Shown here: piece after piece, positions 49,136 through 64,000 of the stretch
Layout: each line of letters begins with the position of its first letter
Position numbering within the stretch: the stretch's first letter is position 1
DNA from: Flaccisagitta enflata
Taxonomy: Eukaryota
Reading direction: 5' to 3'
Assembly (NCBI GenBank): GCA_965153355.1
Contig: OZ231126.1
Coordinates: 27,032,001 to 27,096,000, forward strand
DNA: 64,000 nt
The notes under the pieces: generated by a model
The model's input: the letters and a program-made list of their open reading frames with translations, nothing else
Told to the model about the DNA's origin: nothing
Database searches by the model: none
Position numbers and translations under genes: made by a program

Positions 49136-51598
49136 ATAATTCAGATCGCGACTCAAACGGCTAATGGAGTCGGATACCTCCATGCGCGGGGAATCATCCA
49201 CAAAGATCTCAAGAGCAAGAACATATTTATAGAAAACATGAACAAGGTAAAAACAATGCTTCTTGCTGATTTCGGTCATAGTTATAACGAATAGAACAGC
49301 TGAACAGGCCAACACCTATAAGTCGCGTGCGGGACATAAACAATTTAAGATGACTTAGATTGACTTTAAATGATTCAAGATGACCTGAAATAACTTGAAA
49401 TGACTTAAAATGAGTTAAAATGACCGACCAACCGACTGACCGACCGACAGACCCACCGACAGACCAACAAAGCAGGGTGTAGTCGCGTTGCACGTGACTA
49501 AAAAACAATGCCAAGTAGACCAATATGTGCGCCGTGTGCATTGTTAAACGTTGGAGTGATCGACCGACCGACTGACCAACTAACGGCAGACAGGACTAGT
49601 TAAGAGTTGCGTTGGCGCATCAAGGAACTTGTCTTTTTGAACAAGCACGGTTTGCAACGATTGATTTGAGTTTCCCTTTTTTTAGGTGGTAATCACGGAC
49701 TTCGGGTTATTCAGTTTGATAAAACTGTGTCCACATCGGAATAAAGATGAGATGATTATCCCTAAAGGATGGTTGTCTTATTCGGCACCCGAAGTTTTGC
49801 GCGCGTTGAACGTCCAAAAACAGGTCGGGCTTGTTGTCATTTTTGATGCATTGAAAAATTTGAAAGGCAGTTGTGTAATTAATTCTGACGCAGTTGTGAA
49901 TTGTGTAATTAGTTCTGAAGGAGGCTTATAACTTGTCGCAGTTTCTAACACGGTCAGAACATGCACACGTGTCGGCCAGTCGTTCGGCACATGACACTGT
50001 GCACTGTACCAAGATCGCTACATTTGCATCAAAGTCTTTTGCCTCACCCCACCCCAACCCCTCTCTTTTCGCCTCTCCCCGACCCAACCCCCCTCTTTTC
50101 GCCTCACAGGATGAGGATCTTCCATTCTCGAAGGCAACAGATGCATTTGCTTACGGAACCATTTGGTGCGAATTGATCACCCACGAGTTACCGTACAAAA
50201 GACTACTTCCAGAGATCCACATTTGGCAAGGAGGCAATGGGACGCTATCTATGCCGGAAGGTGAGAACAATTATTGCCATTGCAGGTGTCCAATGGTCCT
50301 TTTTATAGCAGTCGCCGTTGCAGTTGTCATGAATCTTGTTTACACTTTTACGCGTAATACAACGCGAAGATTGCAAAAACCGTAAAAAACGGTTAGCACC
50401 CCTACCTACAACTTAGGACAAAACTTCCACAGGATCATATGGGGTATCATTCTGTAGTTTGTCACAGTACAATTTACGCCACCGAGGCGATTTTTTAATT
50501 TCGCTCCCGTTTTTGAGAAATTCTACCCCAAGCATTAGCGGCAGACACCCCCTTGAAAAGCCAAAAAAACCACTTTTTGGAGTGAATATCCCTAGAACGG
50601 AGGTGAAATTCAAAATTCGCCTCGGTGGCGTAAATTGTATTGAGATAACCTATTCAATGATACCATACATGACCATGTGGCTATGACGACATGAGCTGCA
50701 AGGGGGGGTGCTATACCTTTTCCGTAATCTTCACGTTGTATTCAACGTGCGTGTGTAGTCATCCAAGGATCGCACATGGTCCGCGCTACCCGATTCCCTT
50801 CTGGGAGTGATCCAGTGGAGAAGAGAAGTGAGAGCAGGGCAGTGGCTTCAAACGACCGATGTCCTGTAGAACACGGGTGAATTTCCAGATGTCCTGAGGG
50901 GGTATATTTCTGACCTTGGATGACTGATTTAGGCCACTGAATGCATATTTCAGGGCTGGAGGGCTAGGGCAGAACTAAGGCTTGGAGAGAGGATTTGAGG
51001 CACAGAGGGCAAATGTGAGGCACAGAGGGCCAATTGGAGGTCTAGTGGGCAGATTTGAGGGATGAAGGGGGCTGATTTGAAGCCTGGGGGGCTGACTACA
51101 AGCCTAGGGGCTGATTTGAGGTCTGAATGGCTAAATTGAGGCCTGGGAGGGTTAATTTGAGGCTGTGATGGTCAATGAGGCGGCATGGAAGAACAGAAGG
51201 ACGGACGGGCGGACGGATGGATGGATAGACAGATGGATGAAAGGATGGATGAAAGGATGGACGGATGGAAGGACAGATGGAAGGACAGATGGAAGGACAG
51301 ACGTCTGGAAATTCCCCCGTGTTCTACAGGGCATCGGCCTTTGGGCCGCTGCCCAAAAAGTATTTGACCTAATGGTCAGTAAAGATGTCCTTAATTATTC
51401 CCTTATGTCCGCACAGCGTTGGAGCATCACCCCAAAGAAGTGCGAGAACTGTTGCATCAGTGTTGGACTACTTTACCCGAGGATCGCATCACCTTCAAGG
51501 TGATCATGGAGAAACTGGAAATCCTCTCGAAAAAACGCTTAGCACGCAGTCCGTCGCATCCTGTGCATCTCTTCAAGTCGGCAGAAAGCGCATTCTGA
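49136..51598 (+). CDS. KSR: Kinase suppressor of Ras, last four exons (49136-49246, 49686-49823, 50110-50260, 51417-51598); 5' part not found
   Basis: In-phase GT-AG exons give [35 protein letters not shown]...[12 protein letters not shown]...[19 protein letters not shown]...IHIWQ...CW..PEDRITF...[36 protein letters not shown] and SHPxHxxKSAE are KSR hallmarks. Confidence 0.9.
50343..50755. mobile_element. Palindromic TA-flanked MITE in KSR intron
   Basis: TACAC...AATACAACGCGAAGATT mirrored by AATCTTCACGTTGTATT...GTGTA; inner ACAATTTACGCCACCGAGGCGA mirrored at ~50617-50640. Confidence 0.7.
50757..51358 (-). mobile_element. HINE family A copy in KSR intron
   Basis: Reverse-oriented tail TAGTCATCCAAGGATCGCACATGGTC, 21-mers, (GGAY)n microsatellite, end GGGCCGCTGCCCAAAAA. 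Confidence 0.75.
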
Positions 51599-54107
51599 TG
51601 ATTATGACTTATCTATAATTTATCTTCTTTGAAATTGAAGCGATCGTTATTAAGATGCTTTGTCGAAAACTTTTTGAACTTTTCTTTCAACTGCTTCTTT
51701 TTCTGATTCTATGCCCTCCCTGTTATTTTCTCTCTTTCTCCTAATTTCTCTCTTGTTTAAATTCATCCTGCTCATCCATTTCTTCTCCTTTCGTCTTTTT
51801 CCTTCTGTTATTCTGCTTGTCGATCTGTCTGTCGATCTGTCTGTCGGTTTTTCTATCAATCTGTCTGTCTCGCTGAAATTGATTGTCTGATATGTGTATT
51901 ATTTTTCTATCTTACTGCCTTTTCTTTCTTTCTGCCCTTTTGCTTAAGGTTTTTCTTTCTTTTGCTCTACTCTTTTTTTTTTTCTTTCTCTGCACACGAC
52001 TCTACAACCCGCTCTGTCTGTCTGTCTGTCAGTCGGTCGGTCGGTCCATCACAATTTCGCCGCCCTACCCACCCGCACGCGACTAAGGTAGCCGTGTATC
52101 CGGCCTTGTTCTTCCTTTTTCCCTCTTTCCTTCTTTGCCTGTTCTTTTCTTTACTTGGTACATTCGATCTCTATTTTATTCGCTCTTGCACTATACAAGT
52201 CACTCTCTTTTGGCTCTAGTTTCCTTTTCTCCTTTCCGTCTCTCGCTCTTCGCGCGCTCTACGTCTTTCTTGTGTTGTTTTGTCAAACCTTTTTCCCTGT
52301 GTTCATGTTTACCTGTCAAAAACAAAGAGCTCGCGATCTAGAAATTATCTATCATAACTGCCTCTCGGGGGTTTGGAAAAAATGGTACCCCCTCCGGGAG
52401 GAAGTTTCCCTTCATTTGTGCTCATTTGAACTGGCAGGATCTTTTGTCTGCCTATTTGATGCATATAATGTGATTGTTGAATTTCGGTAATAAATTACTC
52501 GTTTACATTAAATCTAGTATTGGGGGACGAAAAATTCACCCGCCTAAAAATTCCAAGTCTCTATGTCTGAGTTAGCGTGCTACCCTTTCACGGAACAGGG
52601 TTCGTCAGGATGACCAATAGTGTCTTATTTCTTTTAGAATCTCACTGACGATCACGTCCATCTAGTTAATTTTCCTCACAAACAAGTGTTGTCTTATTTG
52701 ATCAAGTATTTATGATTTGTTTCTATACAGCTTTAGTTATTTTGATTTAGTTTTTTTTTTACATCCATTCGTTGAAATACTTTTGTTACTGAACCTGTTC
52801 TGTATTACCCCTCAAAAGTGACCACAGTGCAGTTCCCCTCAGTTGTGATTTGCCGGTGAAATGATTCATTAAAACAGAGGTGAAGGAATATATCAAATAT
52901 GATTGATATGAGTTGTAAGGAAATGGGATGTCCTACCGTGTCGTGGGCCGGCCGACGGCTGTACTTCTCATCACGGCAATTTCCCTTTCACGTGAAATAA
53001 AGGAACCGGGTCTTGATACGAGTTGTCAAAAAACATCGTCAAAGCTCGGATGAAGAGGGAAAGAGAAGGAAAAAAAGATGAGAAGTGTTTCTCCCATCGA
53101 ACGACCTCTTCCTCGTCCCCGATGGGAAGAGTGCATCGCCCTACTTTAAAGTAACCAGTGAATGACCCAGATTTCCTTCCCATCGGCGCGCGCCATTAGA
53201 TCGTTCCCTCGAGTCGGTGATTGAAAAGTCAACGCCGGCACTATGAGTGGCACAACCGGATTCATGATTGATTCAGGTGAAAATCCGTCATGAATCGAGT
53301 ACTGATGAGTGATGTTAGTCAGGTTTTACATGTTGTTTTTCATTCGGCTGTGTTGCCGTCGGGTGAAGAATTCTCGCATTAATGTTTTTGGGTCATAGTC
53401 AACATCGCTTGGTCTCTTAAGAGAAACGAGTGAAAAAGGCTGTGTCGTGTTGTCGCCTATCGGGTGTTTCTGCCTACTTTTGACGTATCCTAGTGTGCTA
53501 AATCTTATATCATTTCGGCTTTGATACTACATACGATCAGATGAAAAATAAAAAAGAATTAAGGGGAAATAATTCGAAAATCCTCGTGGCGTTCTGCTTT
53601 ACCGTTCTGTTTCCTACTAATTTCTCTGTTTATCCTCTCTTTTGTCCTTATTGGGGCCGATGACCAAAGCTTTCACATATGCAGAAACTTCTCCTCCTTC
53701 TCTCTTTCTCCTATATCCCAACTTCAAGGCCTAAATCCCAGTCTTGAGGCTCAAATCCCTGCCTAAAAGCCCAAATCCCAGCCTTGAGGCCAAAATCTTT
53801 TTCAATGCCAAAATCCTAGCCTCAAGGAGGAGGAGGAGGAGAAATTTCTGCATATGTGAAAGCATATAGGCCGCTGCCCTGCTCCCTCAATTACAGTCAT
53901 AACCATCTTTAGTCCTAAGCAGGGCACAGGTGCCACTGACCATCTAACGCTTTTGCGACTTTTCTGTCATTTTTCCCTCTCCTCTTTCCCACTTAGTCCA
54001 TTTTCTCTCACCCGCTTTGTTCAATTTCTCTCATCCGCTTTGTCCATTTTCTCTGTCCATTTTCTGTCTCCCACTTGAACCATTTTCGTTTCCACCCTTT
54101 CCTTTTT

Positions 54108-55490
54108 GTCCTCGACGATCAGTTTACGTCGAGGACTATAACATAGCCTTGATCGTGTAGTAAGCCGTCGTTTGTTGTCGTGTCAACCCTTAAAAACTTG
54201 AGAACCACAACTCAGATGTTGATGAAACTTGGTCAGTGTTATTTTAAGGGCATTACTAACCTGTGTACCAACTTTCATCAACATTCATGAATATTTAATA
54301 CCCTTTGCCTATTATATTTGTAGTAATATTAATTCCTGGACTTATGAAATTTACATAGGGGAAGGGTAGTAAAGGTTCACCAATGTTGTTTAAACTTGTT
54401 TTGGAAGTTCATTGTAGTGATTAAAGCTCCCCTGCAAGATTTCGGATAATTCTGAGTATTGGTTTAGAAGATATTAGGGTATTTTGCAAGTAATATTAAT
54501 TCCTAGACTTGTGCAATTTACATAGGGGAAGGGTAGTAAAGAGTCACCAATGTTGTTCAAACTTGTTGTGAAGGTTCATTGCATCAATTAAAGCTCCCCT
54601 GCAAGATTTCAGTAAATTCTGAGTATTGGTTAAGAAAATATAAGGGTATTTATGATGTATCTAGTAACATTATTTCCTGGACTTAAGAATTTTTTTTGAA
54701 AAAAAAATTTTTTTTTATGAAAAATTTTTTTTTTTGGAAAATTTTTTTTTTTGGAAAATTTTTTTTTTTGGAAAATTTTTATTTTGAAAAAAAATTTTTT
54801 TTTTGAAAAATTTTTTTGAAAAATTTTTTCTTTTATTGAAAAAAATTTTTTTTTAAAAAATTTTTTTAAATTTTTTTGAAAAATTTTTTTTTTTGAAATT
54901 TTTTGAAAAATTTATTTTTTTAAAAAATTTTCTTTTTTGAAAAAAAATTTTTTTTTTTTTGAAAATTTTTTTTTTTGGGAAATTTTTTTTTTTTTTTTTT
55001 TGCTATCTTTTATTTTTGGTTGGATTATAAGGTATGCTTTCATGGACTTCAAGGAATGCCTTCATGAACTTCAAGTTATGCCATCATAGGCTGCAAGGTA
55101 TGCCATCATGGACTTTAAGGTATGCATAGGTAGCCGGGTCAGACTGAGTAGCCGGGTCAGACTGAGTAGCCGGGTCAGACTGAGTAGCCGGGTCAGACTG
55201 AGTAGCCGGGTCAGACTGAGTAGCCGGGTCAGACTGAGTAGCCGGGTCAGACTGAGTAGCCGGGTCAGACTGAGTAGCCGGGTCAGACTGAGTAGCCGGG
55301 TCAGACTGAGTAGCCGGGTCAGACTGAGTAGCCGGGTCAGACTGAGTAGCCGGGTCAGACTGAGTAGCCGGGTCAGACTGAGTAGCCGGGTCAGACTGAG
55401 TAGCCGGGTCAGACTGAGTAGCTGAGTCAGACTGAGTAGCCGGGTCAGACACCAAATAGACTACAGTCGAGGACTGTTATTTTTAAGCTT
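54108..55490 (+). mobile_element. HINE-like family C, copy 2, with expanded 18-bp array (GCCGGGTCAGACTGAGTA)
   Basis: Same termini as 46312-47350; 18-mer array 55133-55450; T/A-rich tract 54688-55000. Confidence 0.8.
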
Positions 55491-56222
55491 TTTAGGCAGC
55501 TGCCCTGAAGGGGCCAAAGACTTATACTTTCATTTAGAATTTCTTCTCCTCCTTAGTCCCCACTTGCTCAAGGGGGCCAATCCCAGCTTAGTCTCAAATT
55601 CCAACCTCAAGGCACCAATCCCAGCTTTTAGGCTCCCAGCTTCAAAGCACATATCTCAGCCTCAAGGCTCCAATCTCAGCCTTGAGGTTCCAATTCCAGC
55701 CAAGAGGCCCCAACCCCAGCCTCGAGGTTCCAATCTCAGCCTGTACCGTAGGCTCCAATCCCAGTTTCATAGCTCAAATCCCAGCCCAGCATAAGTCATT
55801 GGCTCCTTTAGAGCAACTGCCACTTTCATTTCTATATGAAAGTTGGACAACATTACTACTCAACCCTACTTTAATAAAGGATGAGAGCCTTTGGAGCTCT
55901 CACTGGTGTTTAATCCGGACCCATCACAACTATCCTTTAAATTTCTAAAGAAATATTCCCTCTTCAGAGATTATCACAAGACTGGTCAAAAGTTATGCAT
56001 CATTTAACAAGCCCATCCGGGCAACTCGATGCATCATCTGCGTGATTAGACAAGGCGTAGCGGACACACGGACGGACCAACGGCCGGACCAACGGACAGA
56101 CCCTCATATAGAGATGCGATGACGCATCTAAAAAAAGTCACCAATTTCTGTCTATACATGAGATATGCAGACCACAAGAAAACACTTGATACATATGGCG
56201 GGCCGAAGGAGACCATATCCAT

Positions 56223-56856
56223 TAGCTTGTACCGAAATGACAATAAACAATAAAATCAGAACTCCACAAGTAGTTCTTATTGTGGGGCTGTCTTGGGCTT
56301 CCAATGACATCACTTTTGGTCTGAAAAAATTGCATCTTGCTGTCCGCGCCTTACCTTGAATTTTCCTTTAGCCTATGGGAAACCAAAAATTTCAAAGTGC
56401 TTAAATCTCTGTTTTGACTGCAGATTTGAAATCTGCAGAAAAAACTGTTTATAGAAAGTGCTTTCTTTTTTTCAATATTCCAACTAGAAGGTGCTCAAAA
56501 TAAGTGTCAAAGTATGCAAAACTTACCTTTCTTTTTTATTTATATGTAAAATTGCCGAACTTACCTTTTTTTTATATCTTTAAAATGAATTTTGACTATG
56601 ATCCCGAAGGAATCTTGAAAAAAGGAAAGCACTTTCAATCAACAGTTTTTTCTGCAGATTTCAAATCTGCAGTCAAAACAGAGATTTAAGCACTTTGAAA
56701 TTTTTGGCTGAAGGAAAATTCAAGGTAAGGCGCGGACAGCAAGATGAAAATTTTTCAGACCAAAATTGATGCCATTAGAATCCCAAGACAGCCCCACAAC
56801 AAGAACTACTCGTAGAGTTCTGATTTTATTGCTTTCAGTCATTTAGGTACGAGCTA
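56223..56856. mobile_element. hAT-type long-TIR MITE, copy 2
   Basis: TAGCTTGTAC...GTACGAGCTA termini; 8-bp TSD ATATCCAT at 56215-56222 and 56857-56864. Confidence 0.85.
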
Positions 56857-57258
56857 ATATCCATCTGGGCACCTTCTCATACTCCTCATATACCAAAAAT
56901 AGCAAGAAACTGTAACATACACTAACTTAGGGGCAGCAGGTACCGCTGACCATCTAACGCTTTTGCGACTTTTATCTCCTACCTTTGCCAATTCTTCTCT
57001 CCCATTTTGTCCATTTTCCCTCTCCCTCCTGAATGCTTTTGTTCCCACCTTCTGTCTCTCATTTCTTCTACTTTCTCTGTCCCATTTTTTAGCCGCTTGC
57101 AAAGCGACTTAACATGAGGGTGTGTCTGTCGGTAGGTATACAGATAGTGATTTCTAATTCTAGGCTCCCGTATTATTGTCCCTGCCCTCGGGCGGCGACT
57201 ACTCGTTGGCCATGTATCCGGCCTTGTTTCATTTTCTCTCTCCATCTTGGTCCTTTTT

Positions 57259-57833
57259 GGGCAGCGGCCCCAAAGGGCCGATGTCCTGTAGGACACAGGG
57301 GGGAATTTCGAGACGTCCGTCCGTCCTTCCATCCGTCCGTCCGTCCGTCCGTCCATCCGTCCGTCCGTCCCCCCCCCCCCTTGGCCATCGGGGGCCTCAA
57401 TTTTGCTCTTTTAGGCCTGATTTTGGCCCTCTGAGCCATCAGAATAGGCTGAAATACTTTAAATCAGCTCTCCAGACATCATATCTGCCCTCCAGACCTC
57501 AAATTAGCCCTTCATACCCCTAATCCACCCTCCAGGCCTCACATCAGCTCTTTAGACCTCAAATTTGTCCTCTGGGCCTCAAGCCTGCCCCTCAAACCTC
57601 AAATCTACTCTTTAGAACCTAATTCTGCCCTCGAGGCTTCAAAACCGCCTTCAATGACCTCTATCCATCTTCTCAGACCTAATATACCTCAGGACGTCTC
57701 GAAATTCCCCCCTGTGTCCAACAAGACATCGGCCCTTTGGGGCCGCTGCCCTGCTCTCTCTCCACTACATCACTTAATCACTCCAAGCAGGGCATCGGGT
57801 ACCGCTGACCATGTGCGATCATTGGATGACTAG
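57259..57833 (+). mobile_element. HINE family A, cleanest copy
   Basis: ~60-bp inverted repeat 57259-57318 vs ~57692-57750, (GTCC)n, 21-mers, ~80-bp tail ending GATGACTAG-TT. Confidence 0.8.
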
Positions 57834-58185
57834 TTCTCTTTCACTTCCCCCTCCCCACTCATTATCCTCGCATTTTATTTGCTTCAAGTTTTCCCTTTCA
57901 TCTTTCCTTCGTCCTAAACCGTGTATGCCGGCCATCGCCAAAAAAATAAACGGCCTCGCGTAGTTTCACTTGTAGTTGTACACCAATATTCAAATAGTTA
58001 CTTTACACGTTCACAGAGCATTGGGTTCTTAGTATTTTAAATTGAGACGCGACAATTATCTCAAAATTGAAAATCGACTGTGTATAGAAAATAGGGTAGT
58101 TGGTTATGTTCATGTACGTAGGGGGGAGTGGGGAATTTTGGGACTCAGTCACACAGCTTCTTTCTGGTTGGGATGCGTCACCTTA

Positions 58186-58323
58186 TTTTTAGTTGCGGAC
58201 ACGCAACTCTATAAGAGGCTTTGTCCGTCCGTCCGTCCGTAAGCACGAGTCAAAAAGTAGGAAAACGCGCATTTCCGCCCCTGCCCACCCGTCCGCAACT
58301 GGTGGCCGTGTATCCGGCCTTGC
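58186..58323 (+). mobile_element. Minimal HINE (~140 bp)
   Basis: TTTTAGTTGCGGACACGCAACT 5' hairpin, (GTCC)n, 3' GTCCGCAACT, terminal hairpin GGCCGTGTATCCGGCC-TTG. Relatives at 25800-26100, 51985-52110, 57085-57228 and 60888-61000. Confidence 0.75.
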
Positions 58324-60233
58324 TGTTATGCAACTGCATCTTACTCAGTACTTCCACATCAACTTATAACATTCTGTATGAGACCAAACATGAAGAATCT
58401 ATGGGACTTTGTCCCGAATTTTCCATGTCCTAAATAGCCCCACTTCCCGTTTGATTTTAATTGTTAAATTGTTTTGTACTAGATGAAACTTATAATAGGT
58501 TTTATAATATTATTACATTTTTTTCTTTTATATGCGTTATTGTCTGTAGTAGGTTCGTCTGCTGTGCAGTTACTCTTTTTCAAGTCTCACAAATAATTCC
58601 CAGTCATTTTCACATGCATCCTCATGTCTCTTACATCATGGACAACTTGTTTTGGCCCCCATCCCACTTGCCTTCAATTTCTCATTTAATAAAATCTTTG
58701 ATACATCAAGAATGAAGTGCTCTTTGTAGTATTAACAAGTGATGTGGGGTCATAACATTGTGGCGGACAGGTGGGCAAGGGTATTCAACCTCTATCCGAC
58801 AACCCCCCCCCCCCACAAACACTCACCACAAACACTCACACAGCCATTTACAACGGCGAAATCATATATGCGTGTTTTTGCATTTTCCAACCTTAATTCT
58901 CTATTTGATGTACCTCAACTTTGTTTTTTTATCATATCAGGCGAATAGCAAAGTTCTTCCTATGTCAGTCTACCTCTTATCCATTTGGAGAATACTAATA
59001 TTGCGCAGCTTTGAAAATTCGATACCAAAAAAGTTATATGAATCTAAATTAAATTTTTGATAAAGTTTTTTTTTAATTTAAATACACTTTTTATAAGAAC
59101 GTCATTTTTTGGCCAAAGCCTTCAAAACAGATAGATATAGCTATTAATGAAATAACTACGATGTTCTTAATTTTGAGGCAGTTTCAAGCCTTGATGTTCT
59201 TATAAACTAGGTTCTTATAAAAAATAAAAAGTGTATTCTACAAAGTCAACAAAAATCCAACTTTCACCAGATAAAACGAGACCTGCAAATTCATAATTCT
59301 GGTAAAATTCTGACAAGTTTGATATCTCACAACATATACTTTTATATGAAAATAATTTTTTTTTTATTAATGTTCAATAAAGTTCTGATGTAATGGTTAA
59401 AGATTATTTTTTAAAAAAATTGTTCAGTGTGACTTGTCAAATGTAAAAAAAAAAAATTTTCATTAAATAAAAAGAAATGTAAGATAAATAATTGATAAAT
59501 AATCAATTATCATTTTAGAAAGCATTGTCAAAATATCCATCATTTAGGGTTTTTAATCTAATTTTACTACGTTTTTGAAAACTTATATTGTTATCTTCAA
59601 ATCTGAGGCTCAGCATGTTCTTAAGATGTTCTTATTTTTTGGCCAAATCTGAGGCTGATGTTCTTATAAACAGTGTTCTTATAAAAAGAAAAGCGTGTAT
59701 GTTATATGTACTGAATTCCTTGGGGTGATTGATAGCATTTTGGCCCGACGTACTGTAAGTCGCAAAGTTGATAGCGGATCAGTCCTTGGCCCTGAAAAAA
59801 CCGAGAGGTGATGTAATACATGAGCTCAAATCATTTCGCGTACACTAAGTCTAAAGACCTGTGGCTGGGAACGCCTTTTGTTTTTTCACCATTTCAACCT
59901 CATGGTGTGGTTAAGACGAGATTGGGGATATGGGGATCAACTATGGTGCGTTGCCGATGAAATCGAGGGATGAGACTTTCGAGGGTGAAATGAATTTTTA
60001 AAAAAATGTACCCCACTAAGTTATCAAATCTACTCTTTTTTCAAAGCATTGAACTCGAGGCTCTCGCGCATTATTAAATGGCTAATAAGAGGAACTGGTT
60101 TTTTTCCTAATGCCTTTCCATCCTTTTTGGTTTATCTTTCTCCCCACGCGCCTGAAGACTGTCGTTGTTCGGCTCGTTTCAAGACGGCCTTCCCTCCAAT
60201 CGTCGAGTTGCCGAAACTCTAGCGCGCTTTCTC

Positions 60234-60297
60234 ATTGGCCGCACTCCACCTTTCTCTTTCTTCTCTTCCTTCTTCTTCCCTCCTTTTTCCCTATAAA
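60234..60297 (+). promoter_or_regulatory. Putative AHCY core promoter (inverted CCAAT box and TATA box)
   Basis: ATTGG at 60234-60238 and TATAAA at 60292-60297, about 150 bp upstream of the ATG. Confidence 0.5.
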
Positions 60298-60345
60298 TTC
60301 GAGCTAGCTCGCTGTTTCTTTCCTTTTCCAAATAGATCGTCCTAG

Positions 60346-63246
<2,901 letters not shown>

Positions 63247-63268
63247 ACTGGAGTCGCGCGGGTCGTGA

Positions 63269-63274
63269 AATAAA
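63269..63274 (+). terminator. Candidate AHCY polyadenylation signal
   Basis: AATAAA about 22 nt after the stop; a second AATAAA at ~63311 precedes an A-run. Confidence 0.4.
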
Positions 63275-64000
63275 CGGAGAAGTGACTCATGAAAAAAAAA
63301 CACAAAACAAAATAAAAAAAAAAAAAACTTAAAACCGCGCGTTTCTGCGTGCCTTTCCATGCATAACGAGTGATAGATAGTCTTTAATACCGAAATCAGT
63401 ATTTTAAATGAGGAGAAAATTGAGTCAATTTGAGATTTTGTCACGTTATTTTCAAGCATCGTCAACGCAACTTCTGTGAATGTTGTTTGTATTTCTATTT
63501 TGTCGTTTACATTTACATCCGTTACCTCGCTTCATTTGCTCCAATGTTTTGCCCTGGATTCTTACATTTATTTTCTGTGTCAAGATCAAAGTTTCCAGTC
63601 AGAATATTTTCGAAAATATTTTTACTGTGCAAAGAAACCGGATATATATACTTATTATTCAATCCCGCATGCGTCATTCTAACGTCACCACGGAATGCCT
63701 TACATGATCGGTTTAATCATGGCAGACCTAGTCTTTGTACTTCTTACTCGGAACGTTTATAGTCAGTCATTTCTTTCTATATCCATCGTTTCTTTTGAAT
63801 CTTTTAAAACTTTTTACACAAAACATTCTTTTTTTCCTGTTACTGTTAAGATTATTAACTTTTGGAAACGCGATCCGCGGATCATCGTGCCAAAAAAAAC
63901 CTAATTGTAAACAAAAACAAGAGAATTCTCAAAAGAAAAACTTGCTAACACTATCTCTTATCGTCTTAAAACCTTCCGACGAATAAAAAACCTAACAATC

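Noticed and set aside
55084-55455. ORFs (DPATQS)n and (SSRVRL)n
   Set aside because: 18-bp array inside a repeated element whose other copy has far fewer units.

Overview
AT-rich, repeat-dense eukaryotic (metazoan-like, TTAGGG-type repeats) genomic DNA with spliced genes. Recognisable genes: a complete two-exon adenosylhomocysteinase (AHCY, +, 60445-63246); four C-lobe exons of a KSR kinase (+, 49136-51598) whose N-lobe exons I cannot find in the window; and a divergent CK2alpha-like kinase (-, 29172-36469). The CK2alpha-like gene has lost the CK2 signature motifs and probably carries an N-terminal signal-anchor exon (ATG 38060); it is the best candidate for new biology here. There is also a 787-codon Ser/Asp-rich exon (-) and a four-exon unknown gene lying inside a 7.8-kb palindrome (14256-22026). 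The right arm of that palindrome is deletion-ridden and looks like a long-read fold-back artefact. Intergenic and intronic DNA is a nested stack of Helentron-type non-autonomous elements (HINEs), hAT and Tc1/mariner MITEs with readable TSDs, a long-TIR element with a 5-bp TSD, an L2/Crack-like LINE remnant and an R4/Dong-like RLE retrotransposon flanked by (CT)n. Tandem arrays have periods of 162, 24, 21 and 18 bp and include a hairpin satellite and telomere-like repeats. No rRNA, tRNA or CRISPR features are supported. All family assignments come from reading the sequence by eye; no searches were run.
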